From Myxococcales bacterium (GTDB lineage: Bacteria; Myxococcota_A; Polyangia; Polyangiales; DASUME01): 64,000 bases of DNA. Shown one piece after another: positions 53,157 through 62,879 of this stretch (positions are counted from its first letter, which is position 1; each line of letters opens with the position of its first letter). A program made the translations under genes and the position numbers. Under the pieces are notes generated by a model, which made no database searches, was not told where the DNA came from, and saw nothing but the letters and a program-made list of their open reading frames with translations. The stretch spans positions 3,776,001-3,840,000 of the forward strand of contig JASGJH010000001.1 of the NCBI GenBank assembly GCA_047601445.1, in the 5' to 3' direction.

Positions 53157-53378
53157 GCGGGCCAGATCGATTTACCTCGAAAATCGCGCGCCAGGTAGGC
53201 CTTTCCACGCGGCGTGCTCGAACTCGAGGTGCGCTCGAGTGCCTCGAACAGTCTTCGAGCAAAAGCACTACACGCGAGGCCACCAGTTTCGGTCATGGCG
53301 CTGCGCAAACCGTCCCCACCCACGCTCGTACGGACACGTGGATGGGGAAACCAACCCGGTGAGCGCGCCCATTCGCGC

Positions 53379-56162
53379 TCACAGAGACATCAGATAGAGC
53401 ACCAGGTCATCCATTTCGCCCGCATTGGCGGCACACCACGGGTGCGGCGCCGCGGGCATGCCGATGGGTTCCGCGCTGCCGATCTCCCAGGGGCCGTACT
53501 CCTTGCGCATCTTCTGGAAGTCCCAGTAGTACGCCGTCGGATCCCAGGGCACCTTGCTGAAGTAGCGATAGCGTTCGACGTGCGCGTTGCGCTGTTTGCC
53601 CACGTCGCTGCTCACATCGGAGCGGATCACGCGGAACACGTCGCCGCGCGCGTTCTCGTTGGGGAGCGTAGCCGGGAAGTCCGGACCCGCCGCGGGCATG
53701 AAGGCAGTCGGCGGGTGAATGGTGTAGTAGCGCTTGTAGAGGTCCGAGCCTTCGCGGCAGCGGTCGGGGTGAACCAACTCCTCGATGTTGCGCACGTGCC
53801 CATCGCTCAAGAGCCCGCGGTGCTGCGTGAAGTAGAGGTCGCGCAGGAACGTGGCGCGGATCGATTGCACCTCCTTCTGATAGATGGTGGGTTCGAAGAA
53901 GCGCCCCACCTGGGAGAGCGGGATCATGCGCTCGTTGCTGAAGCTGCCGGTACCGTCGCCGTGACAGCTCGCACAGCGCTCCACGAAGGTCTGCTTGCCC
54001 TGGTCGAGACGCGTAGCGAGCGCGGGAAAGCTGCGTGCTCCCTTCTGTACGAACTCGCCCTCGCTCTTGACGCCGTGCAGCGCGCTCAACTTCTTGTACT
54101 TGAGCCAACGGTAGAGCCCCACCGACCTCAGGTCATCGTCGTTGGCGTCGAGCTGTCCCATGTAGGCCGTGAGCGCCTTGAGGGACGCCGCGTCCATGGA
54201 GCCCATCGCCCCGTCTGGCTCCTCCGAGTGGATGTACGAGCCCTCGAAGCCCACGTAGGACTCGGTGTGACCCAGCGAGCGCCGGATCGGCAGGTAGTAG
54301 GTCACGTTGGGGATCGCGATGGGAGAGAAGTCGTAGTCGTTGTCGGTGTGACTGCCCTCTCCGTTGATGCGGATCAAGTTGTGTTCGCCGGTGCCCGGCG
54401 GCATCGCGTAGGCGATGGTGGTCTTGTCGATGCGCTGCGTGCCCTGGGCCCAGAGCGGCCCGGGTTCGTCGGCGACCACACCCTTGAAGTTGCCCAACAG
54501 CGACCACTTCATGCTCCAGCGCGGGTTGGGCAGCCCGGGGATCACGCGCGTGATCTGCTGGCCCGGCGCGTTCTCGTAGCTGATGCGATAGCTGTGGCAG
54601 GAAGCACAGTTGAAGCCGATCCACTTGCCGGGTCCCGTGTAGGGATTGACCATCTCAGCATAGCGGTAGCCCACGTAGCCGGAGCTCGACGTGTTGCCCT
54701 TGGCATTCTGGGCGCCGAGCGTGAGGAAGCCCGGGATGGGGCTCTTCATCGGATACGGATCGAAGTACACGTCCTTGATGGCCTCGTCGGGGACCTCCCC
54801 TGCCACCGTGGGATAGGCGCCGAACAACAGCCTGGGATCGGCGGTCTGACCGGTGATGGGGTCCTTGGTCTTGCCCGCGAACATCGCGGTCCAGTCGAGG
54901 CCACGCAGCGCGTGGGCGAGCCCGATGTTGTAGTCGTAGGACCAGAAGATCTCGCGTCCCTTCTTGACCAGGCCCACGAGCCCGGAGTTGTCGACGCTGA
55001 CGGGAATGCGATTGGACACGCGCGCCGCAGAGAGCGTGCTCACCACGTCGCAGCGATACTTGAACGCCGGGTCTTCGACGCGTAGCTGCTGCGTGTCGAG
55101 CACGGCGTGCAGCTCGCCTGGCCGGAGCAGCGAGCCGTTGGCGCCGGTGCGCTTCTGGACCTGCACCATGATCGGCCCGCGCGAGGCGTGACTAGGCACG
55201 CGGAACTCGATGCGGGTATCGCTCCAGGAGAGAATGTCCTTGGGCCACGTGCTGTGCGTCTTGCTGGTCTCGTGATGGACCTGCGTGGAGATGTTGAGCA
55301 CCTGTTCGTACATGAAGAGATCGCTCTCGAGGATGCGCGTGTGGCCGAGCAAGAGCTTCGAGAAATCCACGTCGGTGCCGGCGCCGAAGCCCTGACCATC
55401 GAGCGTCACGCGATCCCCGGTCTTGAGCACTGGAGCGGCCGAGGAGCCGGTCGTCCAAGCCGCTTTGCCGTTGACGCTCACCTGCGTGATGAGCGGCGTC
55501 GCCTCGCTGCGGGCGGATTCGGCGCGCTTGGCCTCGAGCACCGGATCGGCGTCGCAATAGCGCTGAATGCAGGAGTCATCGTGGAACGAGCAGGCCTCGC
55601 TGTCCGGGGAACACGCCACGTTGCATTTCTTCTGGCCGCGCGTGCAGGTTTGCAGTGCCGCGGCGCGACCGAGCGCGCTCGAGGCGTTGGTCAGCGCCGA
55701 GCTCACGTTCGACTCGCCGGTCTTGCCGGCGGCCTTCTCGAACTCCGCCTTGCACGCACCGGTAGCCCCGAACAAGCAGCCGAACGGGCTTGTCCCGCAA
55801 TAGCACTGCATGCCGCTGCAGCCGCTCGCGTGCATGCAAGCCACGGCCGCGCTGCACGCAGTGTCACCCGCGCAGCCCTCGGCCTCGCTCTCACAGCGTC
55901 CGCAGGCACAGCTCGCGCACAGTGCGTTCGAGCCCGCGCTGGCGAGCCCCGTCTGGCACGCGTTGGGAGCCAAATCGACCGCCAGGTCGGTGCCGAGTAC
56001 GTCGACGTTGCTGGTGGTGGGCAACTGGTCGAAGTCCTCCGAATCGTCGTCTTCCTCACGCTCCGCGCCCTGATCGGGCTCCGTGGCGGGCGCTCGATCG
56101 CACGCCCCCAGTGTCCCCAAGCATCCAAACAGCACCGCCAGCAAGCGAAGATGTCTCGCCAT
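53379..56162 (-). CDS. Large di-heme c-type cytochrome lipoprotein (RoxA/MauG/bCcP superfamily-like)
   Basis: GGAGG RBS, lipobox LGAC, Cys-rich module, IPT-like SWSDTRIEFRVP, two CASCH motifs, LLSDGHV, HPW...LVLYLMSL. Confidence 0.8.
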   Translation of the reverse strand: MARHLRLLAVLFGCLGTLGACDRAPATEPDQGAEREEDDDSEDFDQLPTTSNVDVLGTDLAVDLAPNACQTGLASAGSNALCASCACGRCESEAEGCAGDTACSAAVACMHASGCSGMQCYCGTSPFGCLFGATGACKAEFEKAAGKTGESNVSSALTNASSALGRAAALQTCTRGQKKCNVACSPDSEACSFHDDSCIQRYCDADPVLEAKRAESARSEATPLITQVSVNGKAAWTTGSSAAPVLKTGDRVTLDGQGFGAGTDVDFSKLLLGHTRILESDLFMYEQVLNISTQVHHETSKTHSTWPKDILSWSDTRIEFRVPSHASRGPIMVQVQKRTGANGSLLRPGELHAVLDTQQLRVEDPAFKYRCDVVSTLSAARVSNRIPVSVDNSGLVGLVKKGREIFWSYDYNIGLAHALRGLDWTAMFAGKTKDPITGQTADPRLLFGAYPTVAGEVPDEAIKDVYFDPYPMKSPIPGFLTLGAQNAKGNTSSSGYVGYRYAEMVNPYTGPGKWIGFNCASCHSYRISYENAPGQQITRVIPGLPNPRWSMKWSLLGNFKGVVADEPGPLWAQGTQRIDKTTIAYAMPPGTGEHNLIRINGEGSHTDNDYDFSPIAIPNVTYYLPIRRSLGHTESYVGFEGSYIHSEEPDGAMGSMDAASLKALTAYMGQLDANDDDLRSVGLYRWLKYKKLSALHGVKSEGEFVQKGARSFPALATRLDQGKQTFVERCASCHGDGTGSFSNERMIPLSQVGRFFEPTIYQKEVQSIRATFLRDLYFTQHRGLLSDGHVRNIEELVHPDRCREGSDLYKRYYTIHPPTAFMPAAGPDFPATLPNENARGDVFRVIRSDVSSDVGKQRNAHVERYRYFSKVPWDPTAYYWDFQKMRKEYGPWEIGSAEPIGMPAAPHPWCAANAGEMDDLVLYLMSL

Positions 56163-56313
56163 GTCGCCTCCAAGAGTGCGCCCAACATAGAGGCCCCATG
56201 GCGCGCGCCTGTAGGACGCAACTGACGACTCTCTTGACGAGAGTGTCCGCCGCGAACGCCCATGAGCCGATTCGTTCAAGCCCGATGAGCCGGGGCCGTG
56301 GCATCCCAGCGTC

Positions 56314-57327
56314 ATGGCCGTATCCGTGATCCTCGTGCGTGCACTGGTGGAGGCGCTCGCCCGCCGTGGCATCCCCGGCGAAGAGCTCCTGGTGCGCGCG
56401 AATCTCGCCCCCAACTTGCTCGAGGCGCCGTGGGGTCGCATCGAGATGCACGAGTACGAGCGCGCCGCCGAAATCGCACTGGATCTCTCGGGTGATCCCG
56501 CGCTTGGCCTGCACATGGGGGAGCACGCGTCGCCGGCCGCGCTCGGGCTCGCGGGTCAGCTCGCCACCAACTGCCACACGCTGCGCGACTGCATCGACGT
56601 GCTCTTGACCTATTACCCCTTGATCATCGACTTCGCGCCTCCGGTGCTCAGTCAAGGCGCGAAGCTCTCCAGGCTACGCTATCCCTTTCAACACTCCACC
56701 GAGCGCTTGCGTCGCCTGTGCGCCGAGTTCGGGCTCGCGCGTTTCGTGTTGTTCGCGCGTGCCTTCGCGGGGCCCGCGGTAGAAGACGTCGAGGTCTGGT
56801 TCGAGCACAAGGCACCCGAATACGCCGCGGAGTACCTGCGCGTGTTCGGCGGGCCGGTGCGCTGCGAGATGTCCGAGACCGCGCTCGTGTTCCCGAGCAG
56901 TTTGCTCGAGGCTCGCCAGTTCCACTGGGATCCAGTCCTGCATCAGGTGCTGCGCAACGAGGCCGATCGCGCCCTGGCGAACATGCACGCGCAGCCCACC
57001 GCGGAGCGGCTGCGCTCCTCCCTGCTCGCGCAGCGGCCCTGGAAGCGCGCCGGCCTGTCGGACGCAGCACGCTGGCTCGGCATCACGGTACGTGGACTGC
57101 GCAGGCAGCTCCTGCTGGAGGGCACGTCGTTTCGCGCCATCCTGGACGACGCCCAGCGCCAGCGCGCCCTCATCCTCGGCAAGGATCCCATGCGCTCCAC
57201 GGAGTCGATCGCCGAGGAGCTCGGCTACTCGGAGCTGAGTTCCTACTGCCGTGCGTTCAAGCGCTGGACCGGCAGCACACCGCAGCACTACAGGACGCGG
57301 TTCGCCGACCACTGCGAGGGTGCATAG
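56314..57327 (+). CDS. AraC-family regulator (Arabinose_bd_2 N-domain)
   Basis: SGDPALGLHMG, RGLRRQL, IAEELGYSELSSYCRAFKRWTGSTP; divergent from the cytochrome. Confidence 0.93.
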   Translation: MAVSVILVRALVEALARRGIPGEELLVRANLAPNLLEAPWGRIEMHEYERAAEIALDLSGDPALGLHMGEHASPAALGLAGQLATNCHTLRDCIDVLLTYYPLIIDFAPPVLSQGAKLSRLRYPFQHSTERLRRLCAEFGLARFVLFARAFAGPAVEDVEVWFEHKAPEYAAEYLRVFGGPVRCEMSETALVFPSSLLEARQFHWDPVLHQVLRNEADRALANMHAQPTAERLRSSLLAQRPWKRAGLSDAARWLGITVRGLRRQLLLEGTSFRAILDDAQRQRALILGKDPMRSTESIAEELGYSELSSYCRAFKRWTGSTPQHYRTRFADHCEGA

Positions 57328-57460
57328 GCAATCCTTCGCTCCCCATCCTGGGCCGTCACAGTTTCGCCATGACACTGCAAAGGCCGCTGCGGCGCATCCC
57401 CTGCGGGGCCAGCCACGGGCCTGGCGATCGCCGCCATGAGCCGCGCTCGATGACCCGATG

Positions 57461-57485
57461 AGGCCCGCCGTGCGGCCTTTTTGTT
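57461..57485 (+). terminator. Possible intrinsic terminator
   Basis: AGGCC...GGCCT hairpin followed by TTTTGTT. Confidence 0.35.
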
Positions 57486-57563
57486 GGCCAAACCACGGCA
57501 ATCTCCCTTGCCGGACTCACTTTTTTTCAGGAATCGGGCTCCCGACCCGCATTCCACCTACAA

Positions 57564-57941
57564 ATGCAAAGTGTCGAGCCGGAACACGTGTGTCGAATCC
57601 TGGTGGTGGACGATGAGCCCATGCTGAGGGATCTGTGCAGTGCCCTCCTGGCCGATTGGGGCTACGACCCGATGGAGGCGCAGGATGGCCTCGACGCGCT
57701 CGAGAAGCTCGAGGAGACGCCGGTCGACGCCGTCCTGCTGGACGTGAACATGCCTCGCCTGCGCGGAGATGCGCTGCTCGCCAGGCTACGCGAAGAGCGC
57801 CCTCAGCTACCCGTCATCATCATGAGCAGCGAAGCCGACAGCGTGCGTGAGAACGTGCTCGGGCTCGGAGCCAGTAGCTTCCTCGTCAAGCCCTTCCGGC
57901 CCAGCCAGCTCAAGGACCACATCAAGCACGCGCTGCAGTGA
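57564..57941 (+). CDS. Single-domain response regulator
   Basis: ILVVDDE, LLDVNMP, VIIMSS, LVKPF. Confidence 0.92.
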   Translation: MQSVEPEHVCRILVVDDEPMLRDLCSALLADWGYDPMEAQDGLDALEKLEETPVDAVLLDVNMPRLRGDALLARLREERPQLPVIIMSSEADSVRENVLGLGASSFLVKPFRPSQLKDHIKHALQ

Positions 57942-57992
57942 TCGACGGCAGCCCCTGACCTCGCTTCGGAGGACCTTTCCTGCGCTCACGCG

Positions 57993-58565
57993 TCAGGACT
58001 TGACGTTGCCCTCGCAGTGATGCCCCTGGGCCAGCTCGTCCTCGACCAGCCGACCGTCTTTGTTGGCGTCCAGCTTGGCGAACTTCGCACGCACCTTGGC
58101 GAGGACCTCGGCCTGGCTGCGGGGCGCGTCCGGGACCTGTGCAGCGGCCTGTCCATGGGCTGCCCTGGCCTCGGCATGCTTGGCCTTGAAGAAGCTCTTC
58201 ATCTCGTTCTGGTTCAGGCCTCCGCTTTTGTCCGTGTCGATCTTGTGAAACAGCGCTGCGGGCATGCGCTCGAGCTCGGCGCGCTCGAGCACGCCGTCGT
58301 GGTTGATGTCCTGCTCTGCGAAGCGGGCCTTGCCTTGACGCTCGCGCTGGGCACTGCGTTCCTCGGGCGAGACCTTGCCATCGTGATTGGCATCGGCTTC
58401 GGCGAACTTGGCCAGGGCGTGCGCCTCGAACTCCTGCATGCTGACCACGCCGTCGTGGTTCTGATCGAGCAGGCCGAAGCGTTCGCCGCCCTGGGCCCGT
58501 GCCAGCGCCGACATGCCGAGAACCGCCCCCAAACTGGATACGATAATTAGATTGCGCTTCGACAT
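57993..58565 (-). CDS. Secreted EF-hand calcium-binding protein
   Basis: GAGGAG RBS, signal peptide, five DxN/DxDG loops (DQNHDG, DANHDG, DINHDG, DTDKSG, DANKDG). Confidence 0.9.
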   Translation of the reverse strand: MSKRNLIIVSSLGAVLGMSALARAQGGERFGLLDQNHDGVVSMQEFEAHALAKFAEADANHDGKVSPEERSAQRERQGKARFAEQDINHDGVLERAELERMPAALFHKIDTDKSGGLNQNEMKSFFKAKHAEARAAHGQAAAQVPDAPRSQAEVLAKVRAKFAKLDANKDGRLVEDELAQGHHCEGNVKS

Positions 58566-58817
58566 CGAATGCTCCTCCTCGTGGCTGCGGGCCGTGTTTC
58601 GAATCCAACGAGCGAACCCACTCAATCCGTCGCCCTAGAGCGCATTTTTTGCGCCCCTGGTGAGGACGGCGCGAACCCGCCCGCAGATCCCGCCGAGCGC
58701 CGCTCACGCACTGCGCCCAGCGCCGATGGCCTTGCCAGCTCAAAAGCGGGACTTCTCTCAATCAGTGGGTCTCGACGGATCGAACGCACAGATCATCCGA
58801 ACGCGCGCGAGGTCACG

Positions 58818-59948
58818 GTGGCGGATCAGACTGACTTGTACGATGAACTGGGCCTGGCCCGCGGCGCGAGCGAGGACGAAATCCGGCGCGCGTACCGCAA
58901 GCTGGCGCGCCAGCACCATCCGGACGTCAACCCGGGCAAACCGGAAGCGGAGGAGAAGTTCAAGCGCGTCGCGGCTGCCTATGATGTGCTCTCCAACAAG
59001 GAGAAGCGCGCGCTGTACGACGAGTTCGGCAGCGATGGCTTGCGCGGCGGCTTCGATCCCGAGCAAGCCCGCGCCTATCGGCGCTACCAGGAAGGACGTA
59101 GCGCTGCGGGCTCGGGCTCGGGCCAGGAGGTCCCCTTCGATTTCGATTTGGGCGACCTGTTCGGAGCACGCGCAGCCAGGGGAGGAGGAGCGCCGCGCAG
59201 CCATGACTTCGCGATGGCGGGCGAGGACCTCCGGGCGATGGTGGAGCTGGATTTCAAGACCGCGTTGGAAGGCAAGGAAGTCGAGCTCAAGCTGCCCGTG
59301 GAGGGGCCCTGCGAAACCTGCGCGGGTTCGGGCGCAGCCCCGGGCTCCCATCCCGAGACTTGCCCCGAGTGTTCGGGACAGGGTCGCGTGCAAGTGGTGC
59401 GCGGGCCCATGAAGTTCATGAGCACCTGCCCACGCTGCGGCGGCGACGGCAAGATCCACGCGCCCTGCGGCACCTGTCACGGCAGCGGCGTGGTGGCCTT
59501 CACGCGCGACATCAAAGTGCGCTTGCCGCCGGGAGTCGACGACGGCTCCGAGCTGCGCGTGCGCGGCAAGGGCGGCCCGGGCTACCACGGAGGCCCTGAC
59601 GGCGATCTGCTGCTGCTCACGCGGGTCAAGCCCCATCCGCACTTCCGACGCGAGGGACTCGACTTGTATCTCTCGCTACCGGTGACGTTGTCGGAGGCCT
59701 ACTCGGGGACCTCGCTATCGGTGCCCACGCCGACTGGACCCGTGCAGATGAAGGTGCCCGCCCACAGTCAGCAGGGCGCTCGCCTGCGCCTCAAGGGCAA
59801 GGGCGTGAAGCGCGGACAGGAGCTGGGCGACCTCTACGTGGAGCTCCACGTGAAGCTGCCCGAGCAGGCCGACGACGCGCTCTCGGAGGCACTCAAGGCG
59901 AGCGATGCGCTCTACACGCAACCCGTACGTGAGGGGATCACGCTATGA
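58818..59948 (+). CDS. dnaJ: DnaJ-family chaperone with zinc finger
   Basis: J-domain with HPD, G/F region, four CxxCxGxG, C-terminal domain; may be a paralog and not the housekeeping copy (no dnaK/grpE nearby). Confidence 0.88.
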   Translation: MADQTDLYDELGLARGASEDEIRRAYRKLARQHHPDVNPGKPEAEEKFKRVAAAYDVLSNKEKRALYDEFGSDGLRGGFDPEQARAYRRYQEGRSAAGSGSGQEVPFDFDLGDLFGARAARGGGAPRSHDFAMAGEDLRAMVELDFKTALEGKEVELKLPVEGPCETCAGSGAAPGSHPETCPECSGQGRVQVVRGPMKFMSTCPRCGGDGKIHAPCGTCHGSGVVAFTRDIKVRLPPGVDDGSELRVRGKGGPGYHGGPDGDLLLLTRVKPHPHFRREGLDLYLSLPVTLSEAYSGTSLSVPTPTGPVQMKVPAHSQQGARLRLKGKGVKRGQELGDLYVELHVKLPEQADDALSEALKASDALYTQPVREGITL

Positions 59949-60220
59949 GCGACCCACGCTTCAGCCGCGCCGCGCTGCTCGCCCTGATCGAAGGCAACCA
60001 GAGCCTGTACGATCAGCTGCGTGAAGCCGGCTTCTTGCCCGCAGGAGAGGACGCGATCGGCCCCGAACACCTCGAGACCGCGCGCGTGGCCTACACCTTG
60101 ACCAGGGAGCTCGAGGTGAACTGGGAGGGCACCGAGATCGTGCTGCGCATGCGCTCCGAGCTGATCGCATCGCGTCGTCAGGTGGCCGAGCTGCTCGCGC
60201 TGCTGAACAAGAAGGCGTGA
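59945..60220 (+). CDS. CbpM-like chaperone modulator (MerR-like HTH)
   Basis: ATGA overlap with DnaJ; LTRELEVNWEGTEIVLRM resembles the CbpM/MerR_2 pattern. Confidence 0.75.
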   Translation: MSDPRFSRAALLALIEGNQSLYDQLREAGFLPAGEDAIGPEHLETARVAYTLTRELEVNWEGTEIVLRMRSELIASRRQVAELLALLNKKA

Positions 60221-60242
60221 GCGAGCTCGACCTTGGCATGCC

Positions 60243-62204
60243 TCAGAAGAGGCCGCCGCCCGGCTCGTCGTCGCCGTCCCCACTGCCGCTGCCATCTCCG
60301 TCGCCGCTGCCGTTGCCGTCTCCATCCCCGGCGTGACCGTCGCCGTCGCCTCCACCGGATTCCTCGCCACACTGGACGACGCCGGCATCCACCGTCACCA
60401 GCGTGCGGCAGTCGAGGCGCAACGTGGTGCCGCTCGGCTCCGCGCTCGCCGGGTAGAACGACACGCGCCGCTGCTTGTCCGTCGCGCACTGAGCTTGGAC
60501 TCTCAAGCTGAAGGTGTCGTAGAACCAGCCCACCGTGGGATCGACGCCGACCGGTGTCGCTGGATTGGCCAGCATCTCGTGGTTCGGCGATATCCCGAGC
60601 TGGTTGATCGAGCAGACCACGCGGGTGTCGTTGCCCGGCAGGAAGCGATAGCCCTTGAAGACGCGCCCCCGGGAGCCGTCGCAGGCGCTCTCGCCGCTCA
60701 CGCCCTTGGGCATGATCTCCAGCAGATCGCAGTCCACCAGTCCGTCGCTGTCGACCTCGAAGGGACGCTGCAGGCAGGTGCTGGCGAGCCCCCTCGAGAT
60801 CTTGTCGGCGATGGCATTGATGGCGGGCGCGTAGCTCTCGGCGCAGATCGAGCGCACCAGGCCGTTTTCGGCGAAGCCGGCTGCGACCTCCACGAAGCGA
60901 ATCGCGGGCTTGGCTCCGGTGATGATTTCCGGGTTCGGCACCTGCACGTTGCTGGCGTTGAGGACCGTCAAGGGCTCCGCGAAACAGGTGGCCTCGTCCT
61001 TGGTCTTGCAGCGTCGGCAGACGTCGCGAGCGACCGTGTTGGCATTGGTCGGATCGCCGCCACCCGTCTGGGGATCGACCGCGAACGCCATGCGCGGGTG
61101 GGCCAGCATCTCCGGGAAGCTCTTGTCTTGCACTGCTTCCGGGATGCCCACGATGGCCGCGAACATGATTCGCTCCGGGTTGTTGGGCTTGACCACGCGC
61201 TTCAAGTAGGTGAAGTAGCGATTCACCTCGTAGACGAACCCGGCCTGTTCCGCCTGCGATTTGGGCGCGGTGGGATCGCTGCGGTAGACGCAGCGGATAT
61301 TCAGCCCGAGGTTGAGTTGGCTGCCGGGCAGCTTGACGTCTGGGTCGTTGGTGTTCTGGTCGAACAGCACGCCGCCCTTGGGCGTGATCGAGCAATCCTC
61401 TTCGTCGGAGATCGCGATCAGTGCCAGCAGCGCGTCGTCGCGCAAAAAGCCCGCGTTCACGTCGTCCGAGTGGCCCCCTACTCCACCGTCGTACGGCAGC
61501 GTGGCGGGACTGACGGCCTTGAACATCGCCTCGAGCTGCTGCTCGAAGCCGCAGCCTGCGGTGCCCACGTTGGCGATGCAGGTGAAGTCCGCAATGGCTT
61601 GATCCAGCGCGGCCGCGTCGGAGAGCTGACTTGGCACGTAGTTCAAGTAGCCAGCGGGCGCCGTGGCGGTGCAGCCCGCGTGACTCTTCACGAGCTTGCC
61701 GTCGTCACCGAGACCCGCGCAGCTCGGTGGGAGGCTGATCTTGCTCCCGTTGGTGCCCAGGTCCGTGGTCACCACGCCCACGTGCAGATCGCTCACCGGC
61801 GTGAAGGTCGTGCCGTCTTCGCGCACGCCGCTGATCAAGCTGCGCAACAAGCGCGGCAGCTGTTCGGCCAGTTTGCCCTGTTCCTGCGCCATCGAGCCCG
61901 AGTCGTCGATCACGAAGAGCAGGTCGACCTTGTCGAGCGGCGCCACCGAACCGCTCAGCGCCAGCGACACCTTTCCGGAGACCGCGGCGTCCGCTCCACA
62001 GGAAGCCATGTGGTTTCCCGAGTCGGACGCGTCGACTGCCGCGTCGAGCCCATCGCCAGCGTCTTCGTCATCGTAGGGACCTGCGTCCCCAGCGTCCTGC
62101 AGCGCTCCGGCGTCATCATCGACCGGGCCCCTGTGCACGACTTCCTCACTACAGGCGGCCAGCCCATACGCTGCGACCGCAACACCAAGAAAGCGCCTCA
62201 ACAT
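60243..62204 (-). CDS. Myxobacterial vWA-like lipoprotein
   Basis: Lipobox LAAC; MIDAS-like DLLFVIDDSGSM, LHVGVVTTD, GCGFEQQLEA, GFLRDDA, SDEEDCS. Confidence 0.82.
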   Translation of the reverse strand: MLRRFLGVAVAAYGLAACSEEVVHRGPVDDDAGALQDAGDAGPYDDEDAGDGLDAAVDASDSGNHMASCGADAAVSGKVSLALSGSVAPLDKVDLLFVIDDSGSMAQEQGKLAEQLPRLLRSLISGVREDGTTFTPVSDLHVGVVTTDLGTNGSKISLPPSCAGLGDDGKLVKSHAGCTATAPAGYLNYVPSQLSDAAALDQAIADFTCIANVGTAGCGFEQQLEAMFKAVSPATLPYDGGVGGHSDDVNAGFLRDDALLALIAISDEEDCSITPKGGVLFDQNTNDPDVKLPGSQLNLGLNIRCVYRSDPTAPKSQAEQAGFVYEVNRYFTYLKRVVKPNNPERIMFAAIVGIPEAVQDKSFPEMLAHPRMAFAVDPQTGGGDPTNANTVARDVCRRCKTKDEATCFAEPLTVLNASNVQVPNPEIITGAKPAIRFVEVAAGFAENGLVRSICAESYAPAINAIADKISRGLASTCLQRPFEVDSDGLVDCDLLEIMPKGVSGESACDGSRGRVFKGYRFLPGNDTRVVCSINQLGISPNHEMLANPATPVGVDPTVGWFYDTFSLRVQAQCATDKQRRVSFYPASAEPSGTTLRLDCRTLVTVDAGVVQCGEESGGGDGDGHAGDGDGNGSGDGDGSGSGDGDDEPGGGLF

Positions 62205-62316
62205 GGCCGGATGCTGACACGAAGGGGTCGTACGCTGCAGCCACGTGAGCGCGCTCCGAGAGGTCCTTCACCCTGGCTTTCGGTGAGCTGGAGTACAGCG
62301 ACCAACCATGGCGAGC

Positions 62317-62685
62317 TCATGGGGTACCGTAGTCGCCCGTGATCACGCTCAGCAGGCGGCCGTCCTCGAAGACCACGGTGAGCACGAACTGTGTGGGCCC
62401 AAAGTCATAGGTCCACTCATCGATCTGCACCTCGACGGTGGACTCGACGAACTGACCGCAGCGCGTGTCTTGCGACGAACAGGGCCCGTCGATCCAGCGC
62501 CGCTGCCTGCGCACCTCCACGCGATGCAGCTTGAACTTGGGCTCGCCGCAGCGAGTGTGGACCTCGTACAAGCTGTCTCCGTCGGACACGAGCTTGGTCC
62601 CGCAGCGCATGCTGTCGGCGCGCACGGCGACGGGCAGGAGCAAAGCAGAGAGGGCCAAGAGGGCGCTCAGCGCACTGACTCGCAT
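62317..62685 (-). CDS. DUF2845 domain-containing secreted protein
   Basis: ADSMRCGTKLVSDGD...CGEP...DEWTYDFGP...FEDGRL. Confidence 0.85.
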   Translation of the reverse strand: MRVSALSALLALSALLLPVAVRADSMRCGTKLVSDGDSLYEVHTRCGEPKFKLHRVEVRRQRRWIDGPCSSQDTRCGQFVESTVEVQIDEWTYDFGPTQFVLTVVFEDGRLLSVITGDYGTP

Positions 62686-62879
62686 GGTGGTAGCTCCAGG
62701 GAAGAAGGGCCGAGCCAACATAGCCCGCACGGGTGGTCGACGAGCTGGCCTTTACAGATCTTCACGCCTGCCGGGCGCCCCAAACTCGGATGAGCGTCCC
62801 TGAGAAGGCACAGAGCGTGTGGGCTGCGCGGATTTTTCCTGCATGGGGATACCCGCGGGCGGCCACTCACCCCGTGTCC

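Noticed and set aside
53210..53270. Cluster of TCGA/CTCGAG motifs upstream of the ECF fusion
   Set aside because: Short, irregularly spaced, and CTCGAG is very common in this sequence
60243..60360. GDG-rich low-complexity repeat
   Set aside because: Coding Gly/Asp tail typical of these lipoproteins, not an independent DNA repeat
53214..62342. Other long antisense or overlapping ORFs (53214-55085, 60333-62342; likewise 49193-50905, 34011-35744, 101-1360)
   Set aside because: All lie opposite well-supported genes and have Arg/Ala/His-rich shadow composition
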